Below are positions 18,916 through 30,934 of a DNA stretch of 64,000 nucleotides, piece by piece. Under the pieces are notes generated by a model. The model saw only the letters and a list, made by a program, of their open reading frames with translations, had not been told where the DNA came from and ran no database searches. The first letter of the stretch is position 1. The number at the start of each line of letters is the position of its first letter. Position numbers and translations under genes: made by a program. This DNA comes from Candidatus Binatia bacterium (GTDB lineage Bacteria; Vulcanimicrobiota; Vulcanimicrobiia; Vulcanimicrobiales; Vulcanimicrobiaceae), in NCBI GenBank assembly GCA_035604635.1, contig DATNIC010000003.1:22028-86027 (forward strand), read 5' to 3'.

Positions 18916-20280
18916 ATGGGATCAGCGAGCGGCCAAACGGCGATCGGGAGCGATTTGTGGACCTCGGCCCTGGATGCTTTGGAGCGTAAATACTCCAAGC
19001 CGATCTTCGAGATGTGGATCAAGCCGATGCGTCTGGTCAGCCTTGCAGGGACCGACGTCGTCCTCTCGGTCCACAGCAACTTTGCCCGCGATTGGGTCGA
19101 AAACCGGCTACGCGGAGATATCACTGAAGTGATGATCGCGCTCTTGGGGCACGACGTGAGTCTACATTTCACGGTTGCCGAGGGCGCCGAAGGCGGCAAC
19201 CGCCCGGTCCCCGTGCCCACGCTCGCGCCGGCGGCGGCGATCGAGGAGCCCCGCACGGCGAATCTCAACCCGCGGTACACGTTCGAAGAGTTCGTCGTGG
19301 GCAATTCCAACAGGTTCGCCCATGCCGCCGCTCAAGCGGTTGCCGAGGCGCCGGCGCGCGCTTACAACCCGCTTTTTTTGTATGGAGGCGTGGGACTCGG
19401 CAAGACGCATCTCATGCACGCGATCGGTCACCGCGCGACGTTCGAGAATCCGCGGGCGAACATCGTTTACGTCTCGAGCGAGAAATTCACCAACGAGTTC
19501 ATCATCGCGATCAAGAACAACCAGACGGTCGAATTTCGCAACAAATACCGCCACGTCGACGTCCTCTTGATCGACGATATCCAGTTCTTGGAAGGCAAGG
19601 AGCAAACCCAAGAGGAGTTCTTTCACACCTTCAACTCGCTCCACGAAGCGAGCCGCCAACTCGTGATCTCAAGCGACCGTCCCCCAAAAGAGATTCAAAC
19701 CCTCGAAAGCCGGCTCAGATCGCGTTTCGAGTGGGGACTCTTGACCGACATCCAGCCGCCCGATCTCGAGACGCGCGAGGCAATCCTTCGGAAAAAGGCG
19801 GAAACCGAGAAGGTCCCGGTCCCCGACGACGTCACGCTCTTCATTGCCAAAGTCATCCCCTCCAACATCCGCGAGCTCGAGGGCGCGCTGATCCGCGTCG
19901 TGGCTTTCGCTTCCCTGACGAAATCGCCGATCACGGTTGAGCTCGCCTCGGAAGTGCTCAAGAACGCCGTCGCGCAAGCGCCGATGCACCGAGTCACGAT
20001 CCCGTTGATCAAAGAGCGCGTCGCGAAAGCCCACGGCCTAACGGTCAAGGAGATGGACCATCAGCGCCGTGACCAGCGGCTCGCGGCACCCCGCCAAATC
20101 GCAATGTATATCGCGTGCGAGCTCACGGACTGCTCGTTGCCCCAGATAGCGCGCGACTTCGGGAAGAAGGACCACACGACGGTCATGTACGCGCGCGACA
20201 AGGTCAAAGAGCTGATGGTGCGCGACGAGGCCTATCGCAACAAAGTCCGCTCATTGATCGCGCTCTGCCAGTCCGAATAG
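18916..20280 (+). CDS. dnaA: Chromosomal replication initiator protein DnaA
   Basis: ORF 18832..20280. Start placed at ATG 18916 (MGSASGQTAIGSDLWTSALDALE...). AAA+ Walker A GGVGLGKTHL, box VII, and C-terminal DNA-binding domain (HTTVMYA). Confidence 0.95.
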   Translation: MGSASGQTAIGSDLWTSALDALERKYSKPIFEMWIKPMRLVSLAGTDVVLSVHSNFARDWVENRLRGDITEVMIALLGHDVSLHFTVAEGAEGGNRPVPVPTLAPAAAIEEPRTANLNPRYTFEEFVVGNSNRFAHAAAQAVAEAPARAYNPLFLYGGVGLGKTHLMHAIGHRATFENPRANIVYVSSEKFTNEFIIAIKNNQTVEFRNKYRHVDVLLIDDIQFLEGKEQTQEEFFHTFNSLHEASRQLVISSDRPPKEIQTLESRLRSRFEWGLLTDIQPPDLETREAILRKKAETEKVPVPDDVTLFIAKVIPSNIRELEGALIRVVAFASLTKSPITVELASEVLKNAVAQAPMHRVTIPLIKERVAKAHGLTVKEMDHQRRDQRLAAPRQIAMYIACELTDCSLPQIARDFGKKDHTTVMYARDKVKELMVRDEAYRNKVRSLIALCQSE

Positions 20281-20526
20281 CCGGGCTCGAGCCCGGGGAT
20301 AGCTCTGCACAGGGCCTGCCTGCGAACGTGGATAAAACGACTTCGCCGGCAGGCCCGTGAATATGTGGAAGTCCCTGCCTCATCGATCCACAGCTTCTCC
20401 CGGCTCCGCAGGCTCTCCGTATCGGTCCGCGAGGCGATCTCCACACTGCTCACCGCCTTACTACTGGTACGACTACATACTTAATTTACTAAGACGCGGA
20501 CAAGGCTTGACGGCCAACGGTGGATA
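20281..20526. other. Candidate oriC segment (dnaA-dnaN spacer): degenerate DnaA boxes plus an AT-rich stretch
   Basis: CGTGGATAA 20327-20335, CGATCCACA 20384-20392, ATCTCCACA 20437-20445, GGTGGATAG 20519-20527. The only AT-rich tract is CTTACTACTGGTACGACTACATACTTAATTTACTAAGAC (~20457-20495). A 16-nt perfect palindrome CCGGGCTCGAGCCCGG sits at 20281-20296, right after the dnaA stop. Confidence 0.55.
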
Positions 20527-21645
20527 GTGAAGTTTACCTGTAGCACCAAAGAGATCGCCCAGGCAGTCGGCGCAGCCAGCAAGGTCGTCAACGCGCACAC
20601 GACCGTTCCGATCCTCTCGAACGTCCTGCTGTCCTCCGACGCCGGTCTCGTGCGGGTGCGCGCAACCGATTTGGAGCTCACTCTCGAGCACTCGTTTACG
20701 GCCGAGGTCAGCGAGAGCGGGAGCGTCACCTTGCCGGCGAAACTCTTCAGCGGGTATCTCGGGAATCTTCCGGCCGGCCTCCTCGAGCTTTCCGGTACGG
20801 CGACCCGCGCGAGCGTCAAGTGCGAACGCTCGAACTACGATTTTCACGCCCTGCCCGCCGAGGAGTATCCGCCGCTTCCGGCTGCGCAAAAAGGCGCAAC
20901 GCTCGAGATCTCGGCAAAGCGTTTTCGAGAGGGTGTCAACTCGACGATTTTCGCGGCCTCGAACGAGGAGGCGCGCGGCGCCGTCCTTATGGGGACGCTG
21001 CTCGAGATCGAGGGGACCAATCTCACGATGGTCGCGACGGACGGTTACCGGCTCGCGAAGTTCACGACGACGCTCGAACGCGGTCTCTCGGAAGGCTCGG
21101 CAAAGTACATCGTCCCCTCCCGCGCGCTCGCCGAGGCGGCGCGCAATCTCGGCGCTGCCGAGATGCTCGAAATGACGGCGCTGGGCGCACAAAGCAATCA
21201 ACTCGCGCTGAGCGCAGGCCCGACGTCGATCATCGTCCGATTGGTCGACGGACAGTACCCCAACTACGGACAGGTGATCCCCGCGAAATTCGACCGCAAA
21301 GCGACGGTCAACACGAGCGCGCTGATCGGAAGCTTGCGCCGCGCGGAACTCGTCGCGGGCGATCGCGCGAGCATGGTCAAGCTCAGCCTCAACAACCAGC
21401 AGATGATCATCACCGCGAATTCCGATGTCGCCGGTAACGCGTACGAAGAGCTCGAAGTCGAGCAGAACGGTGACGATCTGACGATCGCGTTCAACGCGCG
21501 CTACCTGGTCGAGATCCTCAACCACGTCGACTCCCCGCAGGTCCTCATGGAGTTCTTGGGCCCGCTCTCACCGGCTGCGATCCGGCCGCTGGAGACGAGC
21601 GAAGGCAGCTCGCAACTCTACGTTCTGATGCCCTTGCGGCAGTAG
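20527..21645 (+). CDS. dnaN: DNA polymerase III beta sliding clamp
   Basis: ORF 372 aa starting at GTG. Typical DnaN sequence (MKFTCSTKEI...ATDGYRLA...) and position after dnaA. Confidence 0.95.
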   Translation: MKFTCSTKEIAQAVGAASKVVNAHTTVPILSNVLLSSDAGLVRVRATDLELTLEHSFTAEVSESGSVTLPAKLFSGYLGNLPAGLLELSGTATRASVKCERSNYDFHALPAEEYPPLPAAQKGATLEISAKRFREGVNSTIFAASNEEARGAVLMGTLLEIEGTNLTMVATDGYRLAKFTTTLERGLSEGSAKYIVPSRALAEAARNLGAAEMLEMTALGAQSNQLALSAGPTSIIVRLVDGQYPNYGQVIPAKFDRKATVNTSALIGSLRRAELVAGDRASMVKLSLNNQQMIITANSDVAGNAYEELEVEQNGDDLTIAFNARYLVEILNHVDSPQVLMEFLGPLSPAAIRPLETSEGSSQLYVLMPLRQ

Positions 21646-21647
21646 CG

Positions 21648-22727
21648 TTGCGGTTGAGGCTGCTGGGCCTCGTCGACGTGCGCAATTATGCCGAGCTGAA
21701 CATCGAGGTCCCCCCCGGGCTGGTCGTCTTTACCGGCCGGAACGCGCAGGGCAAGAGTAACCTCCTCGAAGCGATCGGGGTTCTCGCGACCGGGAAATCA
21801 TTTCGTACCGCGCATGAAGGTGAGTTGATCCGCCATGGCTCGCTGCGGGCGGTGGTCAACGGTGAAGCTGATGTTGCAGCAGGGAGCATCCATCTCGCCT
21901 GCGAGATCGCGCGCACCGCGCAAGGCACGCGCAAGACGTACCGGCTCAACGGGGAGCCGACGAAGTTTGCGCGCTACTTGGGAAGCGTTCGGGCGGTGAC
22001 GTTCACCCCTGCGGACCTGGAGCTCGTCGATGGCCCGCCCTTGCGCCGACGCGCGATGCTCAACAGCGCACTCTCGCAGAGCGATCCGAGGTACTATCGC
22101 GAGCTCGCCTTGTACACCAAGATCCTCACGCAGAAGCGCGCGCTGCTCCGCGCGTCCGAGATCGTCGATCGCGAATTGTTAACGACGTATAACGCGCAAT
22201 TAGCCGCGGCCGGCGACGCGCTCATCGCTGCGCGAGCGTCCTACGCGACGACATTCTCGAGCGCCGCGGCCGCCGCGCACCGGGCACTGGGCATAGACGG
22301 CGTGCTGCAAGTCGTCTATCGTCCCGACGTCGAGCCCGGGTCACTCGCCGCGCGGCTCGAGGAGCGCATGCCCCTCGAGATCGCGCGAAAAGCAGTGTTG
22401 GCCGGACCGCATCGTGACGACGTCGAGCTCATCCTCGACGGGGTTTCGCTTGCCGCGTTCGGCTCGCAGGGGCAAAAGCGCGGGGCCGTGCTGGCGCTCA
22501 AACTGGCTGAGTACGCGGTCTTACGCGAGCAATCGGGCGAAGCGCCCTTGCTCTTACTCGACGACGTCCTCTCGGAACTCGACGACGTGCGGCAACGCTA
22601 CTTCATCGAGAACATCGCTCCATTCGAGCAGGTCTTCCTAACAGCGACGGTCTTGCCGGACCGCCTGCACGCGCCCTCGCACGTCTACCGCATCGAGGCG
22701 GGGCGGGTGGAGCGCCTCGCGTGCTGA
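21648..22727 (+). CDS. recF: DNA replication and repair protein RecF
   Basis: ORF 359 aa starting at TTG. Walker A GRNAQGKSNLLEAI, signature SQGQKR, Walker B LLLLDDVLSELD. Confidence 0.93.
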   Translation: MRLRLLGLVDVRNYAELNIEVPPGLVVFTGRNAQGKSNLLEAIGVLATGKSFRTAHEGELIRHGSLRAVVNGEADVAAGSIHLACEIARTAQGTRKTYRLNGEPTKFARYLGSVRAVTFTPADLELVDGPPLRRRAMLNSALSQSDPRYYRELALYTKILTQKRALLRASEIVDRELLTTYNAQLAAAGDALIAARASYATTFSSAAAAAHRALGIDGVLQVVYRPDVEPGSLAARLEERMPLEIARKAVLAGPHRDDVELILDGVSLAAFGSQGQKRGAVLALKLAEYAVLREQSGEAPLLLLDDVLSELDDVRQRYFIENIAPFEQVFLTATVLPDRLHAPSHVYRIEAGRVERLAC

Positions 22728-23560
22728 GGCCGCTTCGGGCGACGCTCGGCAGCTGGTCGCCGCGCGCCGGACGCTCGCCGCTCGACCCGCTCGGCGCGAT
22801 CGCCGCCGCGTGGCCGCAGATCGTCGGCGCAGAGTTGGCTCGCGCGACCCGCCCGAGTTCGATTGCCGGCGACGCGCTCGTCGTCGTGACCGGCTCGAGT
22901 GCGTGGAGCCAGCAGCTCTCGTTCCTCGTGCCGGAGATCTTGCGAGCGCTCGGCGAGATTCCGGCGGCGGCGCACATCGGCCGCCTGCGTTTTCGTGTCG
23001 GTCGCATCGAACGATCGCGCGGTCGGACAGCGACCGCCGCGAAGCCGCCGGGTGGGAAGGGGGCCGGAATCGACTCGGGCGCGGAGTTCATCGCGCCGAG
23101 GTCGCTCGACGAGGCGCTCGACCGGATTCGGCTCCGATTCGAGCAGACGCGGGATGCAAAACACACGCACGGGTGGAAATCTTGCGAGCGTTGCGGTGTT
23201 ACGATCCAAGGCGGGACGCAGTGCGCCCCCTGTGCCGGGTCGATCGCCGCAGAACGGGAAGTCGCGGTGCAACGGCTGATGTACGACGCTCCGTGGCTTG
23301 GTTACGGCGGAACGGCGGCACTCATCGAGGCGTTGACGGTACAGGAATACGAGCGAAATCGGCATGCACTCTTGGAGCGCTGGTGGACATTTCTGCTGCG
23401 TGCCAAGGCCGACGGCCGGGTATCGGCGGACGGTCGCGAACGACAGATAGCAAGCTCGTACGTGCTCCTGCAAACCGGCTGGGAGCCGCAACGCATCAGC
23501 CCGGCCATCGTCCGTAACATCCTGGGCGACGACCTCATGACTCTATTGTATGAACAGTAA
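22721..23560 (+). CDS. DUF721 (DciA-like) protein with C-terminal CxxC...CxxC zinc ribbon and extra domain
   Basis: ORF 279 aa; GTG start overlaps recF by 7 nt. N-terminal DUF721-like region (AAAWPQIVGAELARATRPSSIAGDALVVVTGSSAWSQQLSFLVPEILRAL) in the classic recF-gyrB position. CERCG...CAPC at about aa 155-172. Confidence 0.7.
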   Translation: MLRPLRATLGSWSPRAGRSPLDPLGAIAAAWPQIVGAELARATRPSSIAGDALVVVTGSSAWSQQLSFLVPEILRALGEIPAAAHIGRLRFRVGRIERSRGRTATAAKPPGGKGAGIDSGAEFIAPRSLDEALDRIRLRFEQTRDAKHTHGWKSCERCGVTIQGGTQCAPCAGSIAAEREVAVQRLMYDAPWLGYGGTAALIEALTVQEYERNRHALLERWWTFLLRAKADGRVSADGRERQIASSYVLLQTGWEPQRISPAIVRNILGDDLMTLLYEQ

Positions 23561-23570
23561 CAAAAACCAA

Positions 23571-25580
<2,010 letters not shown>

Positions 25581-25589
25581 GGGAACGAT

Positions 25590-28500
25590 GTGGCGGTGAG
25601 ATCTGCCGCCCGTTACGCCGCGATCGCGATTGCGGTCGTCATCGCTACGCTACTCGCGGTGTTCCACGCGACCGCCCTGCGGTGGGCGGTCGCGACCGGC
25701 GCGGGCCTGGCGACCGGGTATACGATTCGAATCGGTGAGCTACGCTTCGAACGCGGCCGCCTCGCGCTGGGCGACTTGCACGTCGCTCGCCAAGGCGAAC
25801 CGCTCCTCGACGCGGCGCGCATCAACGTCACGTACGATCTGGGCGAGCTGCTGCGCGGCGGCGCGCATCGCTTCGGCTTGCACGGCATCAGCGTCGACCA
25901 GCCGCACGTGACGATCGTCCGTCACAAGGATCTCTCGCTGAATATCGAGCTGCCCAAGGGCGGAGCCGCGACGCCGCAGCTTGGGACGCCGTTGTCCTTC
26001 ACCGCTCGCGTCCGCGACGGCTCCGTCGAGATCCGCGACCCGTTCAACCCGTCGCCGCAAGCGCACTTGCTCCGCTTGGACGACATCAACGTCGACGCGA
26101 ACGTCGATTCGGACCATCGGACGCACTACCGCGTCACGGCCGGCGTGTTGCGTGCCCCGACGACCGGGGCGGTGCGGAGTAACCCGCTCAAGATCATCGG
26201 AACGATCGATCAGGATCGGCGCTACGCGATGCACCGCATTACGGCCGCCGACATCCCCGTCGCCGGCTTCGTCGACTACTTCGTCGATTCACCCGCGGCG
26301 CGATTTCTAACCGGCGACGTCCGCAACCTCGACATCAAGCTCTTCTCGCTCGACACCGCGGTCGACGCGCCGCTCCATCTCGGCGGTTTCTTTCACGTCG
26401 ATGGAATCAGTGCGCGCGTCATCGGGATCGACGGCCCGGTCGGACATCTGCGCGGCGATCTCTATCTGTCCGATGACGGCATCCTCGCGCCGCGGATCGA
26501 CGCCGATATCGGCGGGACGCCGATCGTCACCGGCGGCGGCTTCTTCGACTTCGCAAACCCGCAGTTCCGCATCGCGGTTCGCGGAGCCGCCGATCTGCGC
26601 GTGCTGAGCGGCTTCTTTACCTTTTTGAAGGGCCAGCCGGTCGCGGGTCCGGTCAGCTTCACGACCCTGATCGAAGGCAACGTCGGCAAACCGCTGATCT
26701 TTGCCCGCGTGCAACTCCCCGCCGTCAGCTGGGGCGCATATCCATTCCGGGCCGGTCACGGGCTCGTGGCCTATTATGAGGATCAAGTGACGATGGCGCC
26801 GCTCGAAGCACGCTACGGTCCGATCGATGTCATCGTCCGCGGCGGGATGGCGCTCTCCGATCACATCGACTCGGAGTTTGCCGCGCAGATCGCCGGCCCG
26901 GGCAAGGCGCTGCCGTATCTCGATCGGGTCGCACCTGATGTGAGGTTGCAAGGCATCGCCGTCGTCGCGGGACGCGATCTGCCGTTGCGTGCGCGCGGAC
27001 TGCTCTATAGTGAAGGCACGGCGACGGATCTCTCCGCCTTCGTCGCGGTCGACGAGCGCGGGCGCGGCGAATTCGGTCCGATCAACTTCACACGGCGCGA
27101 CGGGAGCGAATTCAGCGGCAGCTTTGCGCTCGACCGGCCCAATTCGAATGGCGGCTTCTGGGCGTGGATGCGCAACTTCCATTTTCGCGATCCCGGGATA
27201 CCCGCGGCGTTGCCGGGAGTCGTCTTGCCGGAGTTTCCGACCTTCGGCGGCGTCCTCGACGGAGCGTTCGCGGGCGGCGGCGCACCCTCCGATTTTACCA
27301 TTGCCGGCCATGTCAACGGGACGGCAATGGAGTTTCTGGGGATCCCCGTGACGCAGGGCTCGGTGACGTTCGGCGGGACCTTTCACGAACTGCGCTTCAC
27401 CCGGATCGATGCGCGCGGTCCCTGGGGACACGTCGCCGGGACCGGGGCCGTCGCGATGCCGGGCGCGTTTCTCCTGAGCGGCAACTTTGATGGGACACTC
27501 GAAGGCCTGCGCCGTTTTACCGGCGATATCGGCGCGAGCGGCGCAGCTTCGGGTCCGTTTGCCGTCGCGGTCGATGGGCCGCGGATCGTCGTGCAAACGC
27601 AGGGCGTGCGCTTGCGCGGCGCGCTGATTCACGGCGTCCCGCTCGACGCTTTCGACGGGACGCTTGCGGTCAATACGGGCGGCTCGCTCGAGGTTTACGG
27701 CGCGCGGGCGCGGCTGGCAGGGAGCGACGTCGTCGCCGCCCGCACGGTGTCGGGCCGGATTGCCGTCGCGGCTGCCGATCTTCCGGCGGGCCGCCTGAGC
27801 GCTGCGGGCCTGCCGCTCGAACGCGGAGCGCTGAGCTTCGTCGGGACGGCCGGAATGGCGAACGGGTCTCCGACCTTCGACGGCGCGATCGCGCTGCGCG
27901 GCGGAGCGTACGGCGGGCACCGTGTCGATGTGACCAGCGGCCTCGGGTTCGCGGGTTCGACACTCTCGGTCGCCGATGCGACGGCGGAGCTCGACGATCA
28001 AATCGGGCTCATTGACGGCCGCGTGAGCGGGCTCGGCGGGACGCCGACTTTCGACCTGCGGACGCAGATACCGGTGGGCGATCTCGGACGACTCGCGTCA
28101 GGCCTGCGCGTCCGCCTACCGCATCTAACGGGAAGCTTCGGTGCGGACGTGCGCATTGCGGGTTCCCGCGCGGACCCGCGCGTCAGCGGTGCGGTCACGA
28201 TCCCGGAAGGCTCGCTCAACGGTTTGCATTTCAGTGAGGCAGCGGCGCAGATATCGGGGGGCTTGCGCGCGATGGCTTTGCGCGCCGGAACGATCCGCGT
28301 CGGAACGACGAAAGCGACGCTCGAAGGGACGTACTTGGCGAACGGATTCTCGCTCGGGGTACGCTCGGATGCGGCGGACCTCGCCGACTTCAACGGTTTC
28401 TTCGACGTCGGCGACATGCTCGCCGGCCGCGGCCGCGTCACGCTGGCGTACCGCTCGTTCGGGACGCCGGCGACGAGCGGAGATATCGCGCTGACGGGCG

Positions 28501-30773
28501 TTCAGTATCGCAACTTCCCGTTGGGCTCGTTGACCGCGCAATGGTCGAGCCGGAACGGCGTCACCGACACGCACTTGGCAATGGGCGGCTCCACCGGAGC
28601 GCTCGCCATCGACGGGCCCGTCACCCTCGCGCGCGGTCGGGGCTCGCTGCTGCAAAACGCGACCTACGACTTGCGCGCGAAGATCGCCGGCCTCGACGTG
28701 GGCAATTGGCTGCCGATCGTCGGATTCTCGTATCCGGTCATCACCGGACGTCTCGACGTTGACGGGACCATGCGCGGTGCGGGCCGCAATCCGACGATCG
28801 ATCTGACCGCGGCACTTTCAAACGGGACCGTCGGGCGCGTCCCGCTTTCGGAGGCAACGCTCGGCGCGCGCGTGACGCAGCAGATGGTCGCGCTTCAAAA
28901 TATCGTCGCCGTGATACCGCACTTGAACTTGACCGGCGCGGGTACGGTCGGCGTCGCGCCGGGCGCGCCGATTGCGCTGACCATGCACGGACACAGCGAC
29001 GACGTCGGCGCGCTAGCGGCGCTCGCAAAGCGTTTGCCGTTTGCGGCGAGCGGGACGGGCGACGTCGACTTGCGCGTCACCGGGACGCGCGTCTCGCCGG
29101 AAATCGCCGGCAGCTTCGAACTCCGCGACGCGAACGCGGCGGGCTTGGCGATTCCGCACGTCGCCGGAGGGTTCGGCTTGCGCGGTCACAGCTTGGAGCT
29201 GCAAAATACCAACGTCGAGCTTGCCAAGGGGACGCTGAGTCTAGCAGGCTCGCTCCCGCTCACGGTCGCGCCGTTCGGCGTCGGACCGGCAAACGCGCCG
29301 CTTTCATTCGACGTCGATGCCCGGGCCGTCGATCTCGTGAATTTCGCACCGATGTTGCCGAAAGGCTCGACGCTAGCCGGTACCCTCGAAGGTCGATTCG
29401 GCGTCGCGGGGACGCCGTCGGCGCCGCAACTCACCGGCGGCCTCACGCTCGCACGCGGCGCGTTCGCACTTCCGGGCCAGGCGGCGCTGAAAAACATCAC
29501 CGGGCAACTCTCCTTCGATCAACAGACCGCGACCCTCGACCGGCTCCACGCCGATGCCGGGGCAGGGACCGTCGACGGCTCGGGCCACATCGTCTTTCCG
29601 GTCGGCGCAAGCGCGCTCGACTATCGTTTCATCGCGACGGCCAACCACGCGATCATGAGCATCCCCGGTTTTTTCGCCGGGCAATTCGACGGCAACGTCA
29701 CCTTGACGGACAGTGATGCACGGCCACTGGTCGGCGGAGCGATGACGATCAGCAACGCGACGATACCGTTTGCGGCGCTCTTCGGTGCGGGCGCGGGTTT
29801 GGGCGGCAACTCGCTCGTACCCGCCGATCTCGCGTTCAACCTCGCGCTCACCGCCGGAAAAAGCGTGCGGGTCCGCAGCGGAGCGATCGACATCGGCGGC
29901 GAGGGGACGGTCAACTTGACCGGGACGCTCGGCGATCCGCGGCTGGGCGGCAGCTTCGATGCGAGCCCGGGTGGGACGCTCGTCTACTTCAATCGCGTCT
30001 TTCGCGTGGTACGCGGGCGCGTCACGTTCGATCCCAATGCAGGGATCGTCCCGGTGATGGACGCGCTGGCGACGACGCACGTCCCCAACACCGATCCCGA
30101 TCCGTCGCGCAATCCGGGCGGCTACGCCGACATCACGATCGACGTCACCGGACCCGTCACCGCGCTCAACATCGATCTCTCATCGAATCCGCCGTACCCG
30201 CGCGAACAAATTTTGGGATTGCTGTTGGGTGCATCGTCGATCGGTGCCGTGAACTTCGGCGGGACCGGGAGCGCGCCGTCGAGCGTCGGCGGTACGATCA
30301 GCGGCGCGCCGCAGGTGACGATCGGCGGGCTCCCACCGGGACTGGTCAGCCAGCAGAGCGGCACGATCAGCGTCAATCAACAAGCCTTCGCCATCCTCGA
30401 CGCGCAGTTCACGCGCAGCTTGCTCTCGCCGATCCAGAACACTCTGGGGAGTGCACTCGGGCTGACGACTCTGGATTTGACGCTCGACTACGGCGGCAGC
30501 GTCGGGTTCAACGCGCGCAAGCAGCTCGGAAAGGGGAACGTCTACGCGATTTACGGGCAGTCGTTCAATTTGCCGCTGCGACAAACGTTTGGGATCCAGG
30601 CGCAGCCCAATCCGTCGTTCTCGCTTCAGGTGACGGGCTTCACGCAGTATGGAGTCACGGCGTTCGGCGCGTATCCGCTCAACGTGTTCTCGACAAACCA
30701 AACGGTCACGGCCGGGCAAACCCCCGGTGGGACGAGCGGCTTTACGTTCAGCGCTCAACGGCGCTATCCATGA
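25590..30773 (+). CDS. tamB: TamB/AsmA-like translocation and assembly module protein (giant, N-terminally anchored)
   Basis: ORF 1727 aa. N-terminal TM helix (AAIAIAVVIATLLAVF), long beta-rich Gly/Ala/Thr sequence, DUF490-like C-terminus (GGTLVYFNRVFRVVRGRVTFDPNAGIVPVMDALATTHV). Lies directly upstream of bamA. Confidence 0.8.
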   Translation: MAVRSAARYAAIAIAVVIATLLAVFHATALRWAVATGAGLATGYTIRIGELRFERGRLALGDLHVARQGEPLLDAARINVTYDLGELLRGGAHRFGLHGISVDQPHVTIVRHKDLSLNIELPKGGAATPQLGTPLSFTARVRDGSVEIRDPFNPSPQAHLLRLDDINVDANVDSDHRTHYRVTAGVLRAPTTGAVRSNPLKIIGTIDQDRRYAMHRITAADIPVAGFVDYFVDSPAARFLTGDVRNLDIKLFSLDTAVDAPLHLGGFFHVDGISARVIGIDGPVGHLRGDLYLSDDGILAPRIDADIGGTPIVTGGGFFDFANPQFRIAVRGAADLRVLSGFFTFLKGQPVAGPVSFTTLIEGNVGKPLIFARVQLPAVSWGAYPFRAGHGLVAYYEDQVTMAPLEARYGPIDVIVRGGMALSDHIDSEFAAQIAGPGKALPYLDRVAPDVRLQGIAVVAGRDLPLRARGLLYSEGTATDLSAFVAVDERGRGEFGPINFTRRDGSEFSGSFALDRPNSNGGFWAWMRNFHFRDPGIPAALPGVVLPEFPTFGGVLDGAFAGGGAPSDFTIAGHVNGTAMEFLGIPVTQGSVTFGGTFHELRFTRIDARGPWGHVAGTGAVAMPGAFLLSGNFDGTLEGLRRFTGDIGASGAASGPFAVAVDGPRIVVQTQGVRLRGALIHGVPLDAFDGTLAVNTGGSLEVYGARARLAGSDVVAARTVSGRIAVAAADLPAGRLSAAGLPLERGALSFVGTAGMANGSPTFDGAIALRGGAYGGHRVDVTSGLGFAGSTLSVADATAELDDQIGLIDGRVSGLGGTPTFDLRTQIPVGDLGRLASGLRVRLPHLTGSFGADVRIAGSRADPRVSGAVTIPEGSLNGLHFSEAAAQISGGLRAMALRAGTIRVGTTKATLEGTYLANGFSLGVRSDAADLADFNGFFDVGDMLAGRGRVTLAYRSFGTPATSGDIALTGVQYRNFPLGSLTAQWSSRNGVTDTHLAMGGSTGALAIDGPVTLARGRGSLLQNATYDLRAKIAGLDVGNWLPIVGFSYPVITGRLDVDGTMRGAGRNPTIDLTAALSNGTVGRVPLSEATLGARVTQQMVALQNIVAVIPHLNLTGAGTVGVAPGAPIALTMHGHSDDVGALAALAKRLPFAASGTGDVDLRVTGTRVSPEIAGSFELRDANAAGLAIPHVAGGFGLRGHSLELQNTNVELAKGTLSLAGSLPLTVAPFGVGPANAPLSFDVDARAVDLVNFAPMLPKGSTLAGTLEGRFGVAGTPSAPQLTGGLTLARGAFALPGQAALKNITGQLSFDQQTATLDRLHADAGAGTVDGSGHIVFPVGASALDYRFIATANHAIMSIPGFFAGQFDGNVTLTDSDARPLVGGAMTISNATIPFAALFGAGAGLGGNSLVPADLAFNLALTAGKSVRVRSGAIDIGGEGTVNLTGTLGDPRLGGSFDASPGGTLVYFNRVFRVVRGRVTFDPNAGIVPVMDALATTHVPNTDPDPSRNPGGYADITIDVTGPVTALNIDLSSNPPYPREQILGLLLGASSIGAVNFGGTGSAPSSVGGTISGAPQVTIGGLPPGLVSQQSGTISVNQQAFAILDAQFTRSLLSPIQNTLGSALGLTTLDLTLDYGGSVGFNARKQLGKGNVYAIYGQSFNLPLRQTFGIQAQPNPSFSLQVTGFTQYGVTAFGAYPLNVFSTNQTVTAGQTPGGTSGFTFSAQRRYP

Positions 30774-30934
30774 ACGGTACCAGGACACGGGACCCGCGTC
30801 CAGAACCTGCCGACCCGGGTAGGGCGCGCAACAGCCCACATCGGGTGCGCGTTCCCGATGTGTCTGCGTTAGCTCGGACGGCGGCACGCGCGTGCGCCGG
30901 AGCCGCCCACGTTCCTCGAGGAAAAATCGGTTTG

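Noticed and set aside
30770-30934. ATG overlapping the tamB stop as the bamA start (812-aa ORF)
   Set aside because: It would place 55 Arg/Pro/Ala-rich residues before an otherwise perfect signal peptide. Internal ATG 30935 with an upstream GAGG is preferred.
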